From Parcubacteria group bacterium (lineage in GTDB: Bacteria > Patescibacteriota > Minisyncoccia > Moranbacterales > UBA2206): a DNA stretch of 62,182 nt. Under the pieces are notes generated by a model, which saw only the letters and a program-made list of their open reading frames with translations, had not been told where the DNA came from and made no database searches. Below are positions 30,766 to 40,246 of the stretch, piece by piece. Every line of letters begins with the position of its first letter. Within the stretch, counting starts at the first letter, position 1. The position numbers and the translations under genes were made by a program. The stretch covers positions 1-62,182 of the forward strand of contig JBAYUI010000003.1 of the NCBI GenBank assembly GCA_041675165.1. The letters run 5' to 3'.

Positions 30766-31614
30766 ATGAACATTGGTTGTCATGTATCAATTGCAGGAGG
30801 AATTTTCAACGCTCCAGAGCGTGCGGCCGACCTTGGTGCGGAATGCTTCCAAATCTTCACCCGCTCCCCGCAGGGTGGCAAAGCGCCAGAATTAACGCCT
30901 GAAGTTTTAGAAAAATTTTCCGCTGAAATGAAAAAACATAAGCTGGAAAATTTTGTCGTACACACGCCCTATTACATCAACTTCGTTTCCGCCAACAATC
31001 GCGTGCGCTATGGCTCAGTTTCGGTCGTGCGTGACGAACTGGAACGCGCTTCCCTTCTCGGCGCCAGATTTGTTATGACCCATCTGGGCAGTGCCGGCGA
31101 CTTGGACGAAAAAGAGGCCACCGCCAAAACCGCCGAGATGATCGCCAAAACTCTGGACGGCTATACTGGCTCGACCGAACTCCTCATCGAAAATGCGGCT
31201 GGTGCCGGTCATATCATGGGCGCCACATTTTCACAAATTGCGGAAATCATTAGGCTCGTCAACCACCCAAAACTAAATGGGATTTGTATGGACACCCAAC
31301 ACTCCTTCGCCTCCGGCTACGATTGGCGCAAACTTAATGATGTACGGACAGGTCGCGACCTGTCCCTCCTTGAACAAATCGACCAAGAAATCGGCTTAAA
31401 AAAAATAAAACTCATCCACGCCAACGATTCCCTGACTGAATGCGGCTCCAAAAAGGACCGCCACGCCCACATCGGCGAAGGACTCATCGGTGCTGATGCT
31501 TTTCAAAATATAGTCGCCTTTGCCGAAAAGAATAATATCGATATGATTTTGGAAACGGAACATGGCAAAGTGGTGGAAGATATTGAACTGCTAAAATCTT
31601 TTCGCGCAAAATAA
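30766..31614 (+). CDS. nfo: Endonuclease IV
   Basis: IGCHVSIAGG, FQIFTRSPQ, VHTPYYIN, LIENAAG, CMDTQHSFASGY, IHANDS, DRHAHIGEG, ILET. Confidence 0.96.
   Translation: MNIGCHVSIAGGIFNAPERAADLGAECFQIFTRSPQGGKAPELTPEVLEKFSAEMKKHKLENFVVHTPYYINFVSANNRVRYGSVSVVRDELERASLLGARFVMTHLGSAGDLDEKEATAKTAEMIAKTLDGYTGSTELLIENAAGAGHIMGATFSQIAEIIRLVNHPKLNGICMDTQHSFASGYDWRKLNDVRTGRDLSLLEQIDQEIGLKKIKLIHANDSLTECGSKKDRHAHIGEGLIGADAFQNIVAFAEKNNIDMILETEHGKVVEDIELLKSFRAK
31342..31369. repeat. REP-like palindrome inside nfo
   Basis: gtac-ggacaggtcg|cgacctgtcc-ctcc; perfect 20-bp core at 31346-31365; encodes VRTGRDLSL. Confidence 0.65.
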
Positions 31615-32175
31615 TTTTTCTATCAGTTGTGGCAGGCGCTGACTGCTGAATCTTTTTAGATATTTTTTGATCTTATCTTTGTCTAACAACTTCAAATTCA
31701 TTTCTGCCGCGTCAAATTTGGCATAGCCATTCAGCGACAGATAAGCCAGATCCAAAAAAGCTTTCTCTGGTTCAGCGACTAAATAATTTTCTTTAAGCAT
31801 GTAGCCAAAATATAAATCTTTTTGTAGGTGGCGATAATTGATAATCTTATCCCCGATTTCTAAAGTTTTGGCCCGTTTCACAGTGACCAGCGTTAAGGCA
31901 TATGTCTTTTGGCTCAAAATATCATCTTGCCCTAAGACCCACTCTAAAGATAAATAACTCGGCGCATAAATTTCCAACGCCAATTTCGGCCAATCAACCT
32001 TGGCTTTATCCAGGCAATAATAGCCTTTTGCTAACGGACTTAATTTTCCAGCCTTAACCAAGCGACTGACCGTCACGCGTAAACTCGCGTCGTCCAGCTG
32101 CGCAATCTTTCGCAGATCAGAAAAAGTAAAATAGCTTTTCTGGATCTTATTCAGTTGTTTTTCCAAGTTGCTCAT
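31591..32175 (-). CDS. abiEi: Type IV TA antitoxin, AbiEi-like (wHTH)
   Basis: YFTFSDL...LRVTVSRLVKAGKL..LAKGYY; PSYLSLEWVL; AEPEKAFLD. Confidence 0.82.
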   Translation of the reverse strand: MSNLEKQLNKIQKSYFTFSDLRKIAQLDDASLRVTVSRLVKAGKLSPLAKGYYCLDKAKVDWPKLALEIYAPSYLSLEWVLGQDDILSQKTYALTLVTVKRAKTLEIGDKIINYRHLQKDLYFGYMLKENYLVAEPEKAFLDLAYLSLNGYAKFDAAEMNLKLLDKDKIKKYLKRFSSQRLPQLIEKLFCAKRF

Positions 32176-32842
32176 ACAATTGTCTTATGACTGGATAATA
32201 TTTCTTTGGCAAAAAAACTTTCAGCTCATTTTCAAATTCTCTTTTTCGGTACTGTGGTGTTTTTTTTGGCATCACAAAATTTTCTCGCAAAGTCTGGGCA
32301 ATATACCACAAGTCAAAAATGTCTCGCCCCTTCTTGCGTCCCGCCAGAGCTGCTTCTTTCAATCGTTGTAATTCTTTAAGTGTCGGCACGAGTAGCAGCG
32401 GTTCCGCCGCACTCATCGGACTTTTCACCAGCGCTAATTCTGTTTCTATTTTTGGTTTATGCTCAGGCTTATGCGCCTCAATCTTAATCGAAAACGCATG
32501 CTTCAGTTTTTCATCCTTGAGATTGATTAGCGCGAACATTGTCTGACGTTTATCCTTGATATCTTTCAATGTCCAGCTATCTTGTCTTTCCATCAAGCTG
32601 GCTATAAATTTTCCAAATTCAGCAAAGCTCGTTTTTTTCATCACTAATAAATCGATATCTTCTGAAAATCTGGGCGAACCATACACCAGGCGCAAAGCTG
32701 TGCCGCCATAAAAAACCCACTTGGCGCTCAGTTTATCCTTGGCGAACTCAGCCAAAATCTCCATTTCCGCCTCTTCCCTCAGGATCTGGTCGCGCGCAAT
32801 CCCCAATTCCCGAATATATTCATTTAATTGATTTTCGTTCAT
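32147..32842 (-). CDS. abiEii: Type IV TA toxin, AbiEii-like nucleotidyltransferase
   Basis: FYGGTALRLVYGSPRFSEDIDL, K..AL.GR..GRDIFDLW; overlaps abiEi. Confidence 0.88.
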   Translation of the reverse strand: MNENQLNEYIRELGIARDQILREEAEMEILAEFAKDKLSAKWVFYGGTALRLVYGSPRFSEDIDLLVMKKTSFAEFGKFIASLMERQDSWTLKDIKDKRQTMFALINLKDEKLKHAFSIKIEAHKPEHKPKIETELALVKSPMSAAEPLLLVPTLKELQRLKEAALAGRKKGRDIFDLWYIAQTLRENFVMPKKTPQYRKREFENELKVFLPKKYYPVIRQLYEQLGKTTE

Positions 32843-32973
32843 ATTTTAATGATACTTAATTATTAACACTTTTGTTAATAACATTGTATCATATAAAAAG
32901 ACGTCTGTCAAGCACAAACAAATTTAAATCACGCAAGGGCAGCTACATCATCGAAAGCTCTATAGATTCTAAA

Positions 32974-33090
32974 GCTTTTCAAAACATCGTCGCCTTCGCC
33001 GAAAAAAATAATATCGACATGGTTTTGGAAACTGAGCATGATAAGGTGGTGGAAGATATCGAGCTATTAAAGAAATCAAGGGATTCTTAA
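32974..33090 (+). pseudogene. Orphan diverged copy of the nfo 3' end (117 bp)
   Basis: AFQNIVAFAEKNNIDMVLETEHDKVVEDIELLK versus nfo AFQNIVAFAEKNNIDMILETEHGKVVEDIELLK (31498-31614). Confidence 0.9.
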
Positions 33091-33227
33091 CTTATTATTC
33101 TTGTGCATATATTTAACCAATAACCGTTATTATAATACAAAAAATATTTTTATGATAAATAAAGTGCTCACAAAAAACCTCGACGAGCATGATAGCTAAT
33201 CGAGGTTTTTTAATGACAAAATAAAAA

Positions 33228-33557
33228 TTATTTACAAATATCCTTGTACTCTAGGTTTGCATATTTTAGAAAATTCATAGAAAACCACAATCGTCTTATA
33301 TTATGAACTACCACTATGTGATCAATCTCGATAACATAAGCCACGTCAATATCTCCTGACAAGCACCTCCATTTCTCACAACAATTGCAATAATTCAATG
33401 AATCACCAACAACAACTGGGTACTCAATACCAGCGCGCTGCATCGTTTTCTCCCAAAAATCAACCTCCTCAATTGCTTCAGACTGAGATACGACTTTAAC
33501 CAGGGGATTATTCCGTGCTTCTTTCCATGTTAAGAAAAACATAATTTTTCCTCCCAA
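33228..33557 (-). CDS. Hypothetical protein (109 aa)
   Basis: ORF followed by a hairpin at 33172-33211; no family recognised. Confidence 0.5.
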   Translation of the reverse strand: MGGKIMFFLTWKEARNNPLVKVVSQSEAIEEVDFWEKTMQRAGIEYPVVVGDSLNYCNCCEKWRCLSGDIDVAYVIEIDHIVVVHNIRRLWFSMNFLKYANLEYKDICK

Positions 33558-33776
33558 TAAATAATTTTAACAGCTGAGACTATAAAAGAACATCTCCACT
33601 AAACACTAAAATCTATCTTCTTCCTAACAAATAATACTATCGTATGCACAACTATTAGTCAATTTTTATGTGCCTATTTTTGTCTGTTATTTGGTTTATT
33701 TGTAGCATATTTTATGATTTTTTTATTGTTCGACAATATTATTGACCAAATATTATATTTGTACTACAATGTCTAT

Positions 33777-34520
33777 ATGAACACTACAAATGCCTTGATT
33801 GGAATCGGCTTCACTGAAAAAGAAGCGCATGTCTATTTGACGCTTCTTTCTTTTAAAAAAGCCACCGCCTATTTAATTCACCAAAAAAGCGGACTCAAAA
33901 AGTCCACTGCTTATGTCATACTTGAAAATTTAGTTAAAAAAGGATTTGCTTTAAAAATACCCCAGCCAAAAAAAAGTCTATACATTGCAAAATCCCCGAC
34001 CGAATGTATTAAAACTTTTCAAGAAAAACTAAATGAAGCCAAAGATATCCTGCCCGAGATGATGGCAATCCAAAAAAAGGATGAGGAAAAAGTCAGTGTT
34101 TCATATTTTGAAGGTGTAGAGGGAATAAAGGAGGTATATAATGATACACTAAAATATAATGGTGAATTTGTAGCCTTCGGATCAGAAGATGTGGTAAAAT
34201 CATTGGGATATAGGTGGATGGACCAGTTTATCCAAGACAGAGTAAGAAAGAATATTTCTGTTCGTGCTATCGTTCCAACTACAAAGTATTTCAAGGATGA
34301 ACTTTTCCACAAAGACGAATCCGAACTTAGAGCGATAAAATTTATCAATCAAGAAGAATATCCATTCTCAATTGAAATAGATGTCTACGGAAACTCAAAA
34401 GTGTCCCTGATATCCGGCAAAGAAAATATGGGAGCAATTATTGAAAGTTCAGAAGTTCATAATACGATGAAGTTAATTTTTGAAATCCTTTGGAAAAATT
34501 TACCCAAATCAAGAAAATAA
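33777..34520 (+). CDS. TrmB-family transcriptional regulator (paralogue 2)
   Basis: IGFTEKEAHVYLTLL...KSGLKKSTAY.ILENL; SYFEGVEGIKEVY. Confidence 0.88.
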   Translation: MNTTNALIGIGFTEKEAHVYLTLLSFKKATAYLIHQKSGLKKSTAYVILENLVKKGFALKIPQPKKSLYIAKSPTECIKTFQEKLNEAKDILPEMMAIQKKDEEKVSVSYFEGVEGIKEVYNDTLKYNGEFVAFGSEDVVKSLGYRWMDQFIQDRVRKNISVRAIVPTTKYFKDELFHKDESELRAIKFINQEEYPFSIEIDVYGNSKVSLISGKENMGAIIESSEVHNTMKLIFEILWKNLPKSRK

Positions 34521-34524
34521 TTTT

Positions 34525-35049
34525 ATGCTCATCGCCATCACCTCCGACATCCACAACAACGAAGTAAACCTGCAAAAAGTATTGAACTATTGCCGAGAAA
34601 AGGAAATTCAAACCATGATATGTTGCGGCGATTTGGCGTCAAAAGAAACTTTGGATTTTTTGAATGATAATTTTTCTGGGAATATTTTATACACTTTTGG
34701 CAACATGGATTTTGACGATCTGCGCGATTTGGCCGAAGAGAAAAAATATCGCAACACCTATCTGTTCAAAAATTTCGGCGAAGCCGTCATCGAAAAAAAG
34801 AATGTGGCTTTCGTGCACTATCCGGACAAGGCCAAAAGTTTGGCCCGCACCGGCAAATATGATTTCGTCTTCTACGGCCACACCCACAAGCCTTGGATAG
34901 TCACCGCTCCAGCCCAAGACAATCCCGCGAAGAGTTGCACTCTCCTTAACCCCGGCACCACCGCCGGCGAAATATATCCCCCGACCTTCGCCACTTGGGA
35001 AACGGAAACGGGAAAATTTAATTTAATAAGAGTGCACGATTTGAAATAA
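34525..35049 (+). CDS. YfcE-like metallophosphoesterase
   Basis: SDIHNN, CCGDL, FGNMD, VHYP, YGHTHKP, NPG. Confidence 0.92.
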   Translation: MLIAITSDIHNNEVNLQKVLNYCREKEIQTMICCGDLASKETLDFLNDNFSGNILYTFGNMDFDDLRDLAEEKKYRNTYLFKNFGEAVIEKKNVAFVHYPDKAKSLARTGKYDFVFYGHTHKPWIVTAPAQDNPAKSCTLLNPGTTAGEIYPPTFATWETETGKFNLIRVHDLK

Positions 35050-35055
35050 AAAACG

Positions 35056-35640
35056 ATGTCCAAGCAATCCCAACTCAATCAACTCAACGCCAAGATGTCC
35101 GCCTGCTCCCTCTGCGCCCTGCGTTCGGGTTGCACACGCGTCGTGCCGGGGGCTGGTAGTACGACCGCGGAAATCATGTTCATAGGCGAAGCTCCGGGCA
35201 AAAAAGAGGATGAAACCGGCGTGCCTTTTGTCGGAGCGGCGGGAAAATTCCTAGACGAAATGCTCGGCACTATCAAACTCAAACGCGAAGAAGTTTACAC
35301 CGCCAATGTTTGCAAATGCCGTCCACCGAGCAACAGAGATCCTTTACCAGAAGAAGTAAAACTGTGTTGGCCGTGGCTTTTGCAACAGATCCAAATCATT
35401 CAGCCGAAACTGATCGTCACACTTGGTCGCCACTCTATGGAAAGATTCCTACCAGGTCAAAAAATTTCACAAGTCCACGGTCACGCGATGCGCCGCGACA
35501 TCGAAGGTATCGGCTCGCAAGTTTTTTATACTTTGTATCATCCTGCCGCCGCACTCTACAATGGCGGCATGCGCGAAACTCTTATCAAAGATTTCAAAAA
35601 AATCCCCAAGATTTTGAAAAAAATCAAAGAAGAAAAATAA
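35056..35640 (+). CDS. Uracil-DNA glycosylase family 4
   Basis: Fe-S Cys CSLCALRSG, IGEAPG, PFVGAAG, CKCRPP, LYHPAAALY. Confidence 0.94.
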   Translation: MSKQSQLNQLNAKMSACSLCALRSGCTRVVPGAGSTTAEIMFIGEAPGKKEDETGVPFVGAAGKFLDEMLGTIKLKREEVYTANVCKCRPPSNRDPLPEEVKLCWPWLLQQIQIIQPKLIVTLGRHSMERFLPGQKISQVHGHAMRRDIEGIGSQVFYTLYHPAAALYNGGMRETLIKDFKKIPKILKKIKEEK

Positions 35641-35691
35641 AATCGCTGGAAAGCGATTTTATTTTAAACTAAATACTAGATACTATTCAAG

Positions 35692-35774
35692 TACCCGGGG
35701 CGAGACTCGAACTCGCATGACCTTACGGTCGAGGGATTTTAAGTCCCTTGTGTCTACCATTCCACCACCCGGGC
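35692..35774 (-). tRNA. tRNA-Leu(TAA)
   Basis: Cloverleaf with variable arm; AGGGA-CTTAAAA-TCCCT; no intron. Confidence 0.96.
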
Positions 35775-35781
35775 AAAATTG

Positions 35782-35855
35782 AGGTCGCGGTGGGATTTGC
35801 ACCCACGAAATAGCGGTTTTGCAGACCGCCGCGTTAGCTACTTCGCCACACGACC
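35782..35855 (-). tRNA. tRNA-Cys(GCA)
   Basis: GCGGT-CTGCAAA-ACCGC; U discriminator; 5' end overlapped by the LAGLIDADG ORF. Confidence 0.93.
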
Positions 35856-36571
35856 TTATGCTTTTTTATTATTTTTTTCACCTCCTCATCGCTTCTTTTC
35901 GGCCTCAAAATAAAATATTCACAAAATTTTACATATTTTCTTCTTAGAAATTCTAACCCCTTTTTGCCGTAGATAAATTTAAAAATCTTTATACTATCCT
36001 CAGTCGAAAAAGCCAACATAAAAGATTTACATCCGTTATAAACTTTTTCTTGCTTAGTGTTTATAATATTTTTTGTTTTTTTAGCCAACGCTTCTAAAAA
36101 TTCTTTACTACCGCAAGTAAACACGACCCTTAGCCCCTTTATTATCTCCTCATCATCTTTATTCCTCCCCTTTCTTAATAATACACAGCCATCCCCATCA
36201 AAATATCCCAAAATAAAACTACTTAAATATTTTTTCGGTACATCTGGAAATTTTATTGTTAAAGATTTTTTCGGGAATAATCCAAGCCTCGTTAAATCAT
36301 CATACAAGACATGACTTCCGATTCTTAGAAGATATTGTTTTTGTCTTTTACTGTTAGGATGTTCCGTTTCAATTATATTATGTTCGGAAGATAGCCACTT
36401 TTTTATTCTTAATATATTTTCTCTGTCTACACTAGAAACCCTGACATATTTACCACGCAGATAACTAGCATCTTCAAGACTGCCATCAGCATATAAATAC
36501 CCCAAAACGTAGGCCATCTTATGCGACCATCTTTTGAAAAAATTTTCATTCACAGCATACTTTATTCCCAT
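35834..36571 (-). CDS. Free-standing double-motif LAGLIDADG endonuclease-like protein
   Basis: AYVLGYLYADGS and SFILGYFDGDGC motifs; AT-rich. Confidence 0.9.
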   Translation of the reverse strand: MGIKYAVNENFFKRWSHKMAYVLGYLYADGSLEDASYLRGKYVRVSSVDRENILRIKKWLSSEHNIIETEHPNSKRQKQYLLRIGSHVLYDDLTRLGLFPKKSLTIKFPDVPKKYLSSFILGYFDGDGCVLLRKGRNKDDEEIIKGLRVVFTCGSKEFLEALAKKTKNIINTKQEKVYNGCKSFMLAFSTEDSIKIFKFIYGKKGLEFLRRKYVKFCEYFILRPKRSDEEVKKIIKKHKVVWRSS

Positions 36572-36707
36572 ATCACAGGTGGTTATAAACTATACTGCAA
36601 TTATATACCAGCTGCACAAGAACAACAAGAACAGTCTACCAAAAAAAAACATGGTAGTCAAACAAAAATCCTCCCCGTTTCTAGGAAGGATTTTTTGTTA
36701 TTTTGAG

Positions 36708-37283
36708 TTAGCTCACAATTTCAGCCACTAGATTTTGTCGGCCGAAACCAAAAGCTTGGGTTTTGGTTTTCATATAGATGTCGACGTGATTGGCTTTGAT
36801 CGCTCCCCCACGATCTTCACAGACATAGATTCCCATCCCTTCGATTTGGATTTTTGTTCCAAAAGGAAATTGGGCGGGACACGCCAAGGTTTCATTTTCT
36901 CTGACCTTAACACCGGAAGCAGTGATGCCATCCGACTTTCCACATTCATCCGCCGCCGCCGTGTAGGCCGAAGCATTGATCACGAATTTTCCTTTCGGAA
37001 GCTTTTGTTTCTTTTCTTCAGAATTGAAACGCTCCAGAGCCGATTCTCTTTCAGGATCGATCTGTGCCATCGCCACCGTGTTTTTAAAGTTGTTCGGATC
37101 ATAAGCCAAAAGGCCATTCTCCTTATTTCCTAGCAAAATATTACCGCTAGAAAACCCAACCTCTTGTATTTTAAAATTTATTTTTGTTTCATTAGACCCG
37201 TTCGGCTCATCCGCCAACGCTGTTTCTGGTAAAACTAAGAGCGTCACGAATGCGATAGCCAGGCAAGCGCTAATGATACGCAT
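36708..37283 (-). CDS. 3D-domain cell-wall protein
   Basis: Signal peptide; ASAYT, ITASG, PFGTKIQIEG.G...CEDRGGAIK..HVDIY. Confidence 0.9.
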   Translation of the reverse strand: MRIISACLAIAFVTLLVLPETALADEPNGSNETKINFKIQEVGFSSGNILLGNKENGLLAYDPNNFKNTVAMAQIDPERESALERFNSEEKKQKLPKGKFVINASAYTAAADECGKSDGITASGVKVRENETLACPAQFPFGTKIQIEGMGIYVCEDRGGAIKANHVDIYMKTKTQAFGFGRQNLVAEIVS

Positions 37284-37538
37284 TAAATATCTTTTTAATT
37301 GTTAATTCGCCTCGACTTGTCTAGGTTTCCAAGTAAGACGGTCAATCAAACTTCTTTTCTGTTCCTATTTGATTGACCCACAATTATAGCAAACTATGAT
37401 CGAAAAGTCAAACGTTTTTCGCTCATTTACCTTATTTAAGCCTTTTTTCAAGAATAATCTCCTCCCTTTATGGCGGGAACAAAAGAAAAAAGCTCACAAT
37501 CGGGCTTTTTCTTCTTTTTTCCGCTATTTTAGGATTTT

Positions 37539-38711
37539 TCACTTCCCATTCTTCAAAAGATTGTTAATAATGCTCTCATCCTGACAAGTATACTCCCGAC
37601 TAGCACTATAGAAACGCTTTTTCGGCCCGTGACATCCGCCATTTTCCACATTCAGTGTGGCCATCATCGGCATAAGGAAGCCGATCCGTTTAGAAGTGAA
37701 ATAATTATACAATTTGCTCAGCGTGGCTTTCCTTTTGGCCGCGTCCATCCGCGCGAAAGAACTCATATCGTCAAATTTCAGACCGCTCCAATCCAGATGT
37801 ACCAAGACATTATTGGCCCGCGAAGCGTATTGATCGTGCCACAAGAGCGCCCAGCAGCTCTCAAGTTGGCTCCAGCATGGACCATTTTCTATGGTGCCAT
37901 CATCACCAATACCGACACCACCTTCGATATAATCGAATCTTCTCAAATAATTTTCATCGGTTATATTGCCCGTTTGCGCTCCGATTGCGATTTGAATGCC
38001 TTTCTTCTTAGCATAAGCTCGCATATCATCCAACACTTCTGGTAATTTAGACTGTCCCAAGTCGGGGTTATCTTGATAATATATCTGTCCGAAAAGAAAA
38101 CTTTGGATCCCGACATCCATCGCACGATGCGTAACAAAACTTAAATATTTGCGATATTCCTTGCTGCTGATGCTCGGCTTGCAGGTGTGCTCTCCCCAAG
38201 CATTCTCCGACCCCTTGCGACACATATCGGAAAAATTGAAATAACGATCTTCATCAGGATAAAAATATTTAACGTCCCGCCGGATATCCTCCGCCAAAAA
38301 CATGCCGTACATGACGTTGGGCTTAGTGATTTTTTGCATCACTTCCAAGGCCTTGGCGAAATCCGGTGGCGCCGCCCAAGTTTCCAAAGCACGATGTAAA
38401 TAAACACATTCCGAGCGATTGATCATGGCCGCTTCCGCGTCCGTGTCTTCCCCGTAGCCACTCAAAAGTCCATCCGTCACGCAGCCCTTGAGCTTCATGG
38501 TTTTCATGGACAGCGGCGGCGGATCATAATGATAAGGCGGGGCGAAAAAAATATCCTCCGTGTCTACGCGCGGAGGAGGAGGTGGTGGCACTTCTCTCAC
38601 AACTTTGACTTCGGTCTTTTTATGCGCGCGATACACCAAGAAAACCGTTACGCCCAGACACAAAAGGACTAATATGAAAAGAATAATTCTTTTTCTTGTG
38701 ATATAAAACAT
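37539..38711 (-). CDS. Membrane-anchored hypothetical protein (390 aa)
   Basis: N-terminal TM helix, poly-Pro linker, globular domain with no confidently recognised family. Confidence 0.65.
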   Translation of the reverse strand: MFYITRKRIILFILVLLCLGVTVFLVYRAHKKTEVKVVREVPPPPPPRVDTEDIFFAPPYHYDPPPLSMKTMKLKGCVTDGLLSGYGEDTDAEAAMINRSECVYLHRALETWAAPPDFAKALEVMQKITKPNVMYGMFLAEDIRRDVKYFYPDEDRYFNFSDMCRKGSENAWGEHTCKPSISSKEYRKYLSFVTHRAMDVGIQSFLFGQIYYQDNPDLGQSKLPEVLDDMRAYAKKKGIQIAIGAQTGNITDENYLRRFDYIEGGVGIGDDGTIENGPCWSQLESCWALLWHDQYASRANNVLVHLDWSGLKFDDMSSFARMDAAKRKATLSKLYNYFTSKRIGFLMPMMATLNVENGGCHGPKKRFYSASREYTCQDESIINNLLKNGK

Positions 38712-38835
38712 CTTTTTCTTTGGAAAAATTTAGAATTATCGGTGTCTTCCAAGACAAAATGAGCGCCGTTGACCTTCAAGCGTCTTATCCTCTAACACAA
38801 TCCGGTGGTCGAAAAATTCTGCTGAAAATTATCTC

Positions 38836-39342
38836 CTACTTTTCAACAATTTCCTTTTGCGAAGTTTTTCTCTTCAATAGCCTGTCTTTCAAGGCGATAA
38901 GGTCGGAATCAGCCAAGGCGATCAGAAAGATGATGATAACAGTGATGATCATGATGATGTCCGGCGTATCGGGAAAGATATAGGCGCATTGTTTGCTGGC
39001 ACTCGTGCAAGTGAGCAGCATCCCGATCTCATCCGCGAAAAGTCCCGTCCCCGTGCCGACGAGCGCGCTGGCAATTTTCATCCTTCTTTGGCTGCTGTCC
39101 AAAATCGCCAAGATTCCGCCCAGAAACAAAGCCGCCGTACCGAAATAGAAATGGTGGATGTGATAACCCCCGACATACACATACCGGCTGAAATGCAACG
39201 AATAGAAATGCACCACAAAAAAAGAAACTAAGAAAAAAACCAGAACGATGAACATCTTCTTCTTATTCTCCTTTTTCAGGTCGAACACTCCCCTTAATTT
39301 TATGCCCATACGGATAGAACCTATCGAATTATCGTTATTCAA
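38836..39342 (-). CDS. Small multi-pass membrane protein
   Basis: Four hydrophobic segments; HIHHFYFG and GLFADE motifs. Confidence 0.7.
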   Translation of the reverse strand: MNNDNSIGSIRMGIKLRGVFDLKKENKKKMFIVLVFFLVSFFVVHFYSLHFSRYVYVGGYHIHHFYFGTAALFLGGILAILDSSQRRMKIASALVGTGTGLFADEIGMLLTCTSASKQCAYIFPDTPDIIMIITVIIIFLIALADSDLIALKDRLLKRKTSQKEIVEK

Positions 39343-39427
39343 TTATACCATATCTCGACCGGCAGTGCCTTAAAAACATGCCCCTGCCCACATCAAGCAG
39401 GTACCGCTCTCAATCATTCTCCAAAAA

Positions 39428-39967
39428 TCATTCTTCAATCCGTTTTTTCCATTCCTTGGCTCGAATTTGTATGCTATCGAGAAGACCCGTCTTGCCACTA
39501 TAATAAGCTGCATAATTATCCCGATAAGAAGCGTACAAATCACGCTTAGTTGAAGCATAAAGTTCGCGATCTTTTTTATTCACTCGCATATAGTCTCTAA
39601 AAGTCTTATACTCCTCGATCCTAGGATTGCCCTTTTGGAGCGTATGGACACTCACTAGGCGATTTCCTTCCGGTGAGTCTTTAGTGAAATATTCATCGCC
39701 TTTCCTGGTATATCCTTGGCCACGTGGCACATATCCAAGTCTTATAAAAGATTCATAGCAATCCTTGACCACATCTAATTTCTTCACCACCACCAATATA
39801 TCTATTTGCGGTTTTGCGATCATTCCTTCAATCGAAGTGCTGCCTATATGTTCAATTTCAACGAGATTATCGCCGAAAATCGGTTTCAGCTCTTCTGCCG
39901 CAGCCAAAAACCGCCTTCTCCAAAGAGGATCATATTCCTTAAGCTCATATGGGCGATGTGGAACCAT
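39428..39967 (-). CDS. GrpB family nucleotidyltransferase-fold protein
   Basis: YDPLW, IEHIGSTSIEGMIAKPQIDI, FRDY, Y...K, Y..GK. Confidence 0.92.
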   Translation of the reverse strand: MVPHRPYELKEYDPLWRRRFLAAAEELKPIFGDNLVEIEHIGSTSIEGMIAKPQIDILVVVKKLDVVKDCYESFIRLGYVPRGQGYTRKGDEYFTKDSPEGNRLVSVHTLQKGNPRIEEYKTFRDYMRVNKKDRELYASTKRDLYASYRDNYAAYYSGKTGLLDSIQIRAKEWKKRIEE

Positions 39968-40052
39968 AATGATTTTATCCGAAAAACAAATCAATAGATT
40001 TCTCTAACTACGATAGACTAATGATATCAAAAGTTTCCATTGTTTGCCAACA

Positions 40053-40130
40053 AAAAACAAGACCTTTTTTAGTCTTGTTTTTCTATTTGGGCAGTTTAGT
40101 TAATACGGTGAGAAATGGATTTATGAAAAA
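40053..40130 (+). mobile_element. att-like hybrid repeat R1 (hairpin + tgggc core + conserved tail)
   Basis: aaaaacaagac..gtcttgttttt ctatt tgggc agtttagttaatacggtgagaaatggatttat; tail nearly identical to R2. Confidence 0.65.
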
Positions 40131-40246
40131 AGACCCTTCTTTTTAACTATACCAAAACAGTGCAATTGGTCAATTTACTTTTATAATCTTACTAGCAAGG
40201 TAAAACAGCTGAAACTGGCTTTATGGCAATCAATTAATCAAAGCAC

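Noticed and set aside
32946-32958. 13-bp match (catcatcgaaagc) to the trmB 3' region at ~30628
   Set aside because: Too short to distinguish from chance without a flanking alignment.
35692-35774. Intron in tRNA-Leu(TAA), the classic host
   Set aside because: The gene is contiguous with an intact anticodon loop.
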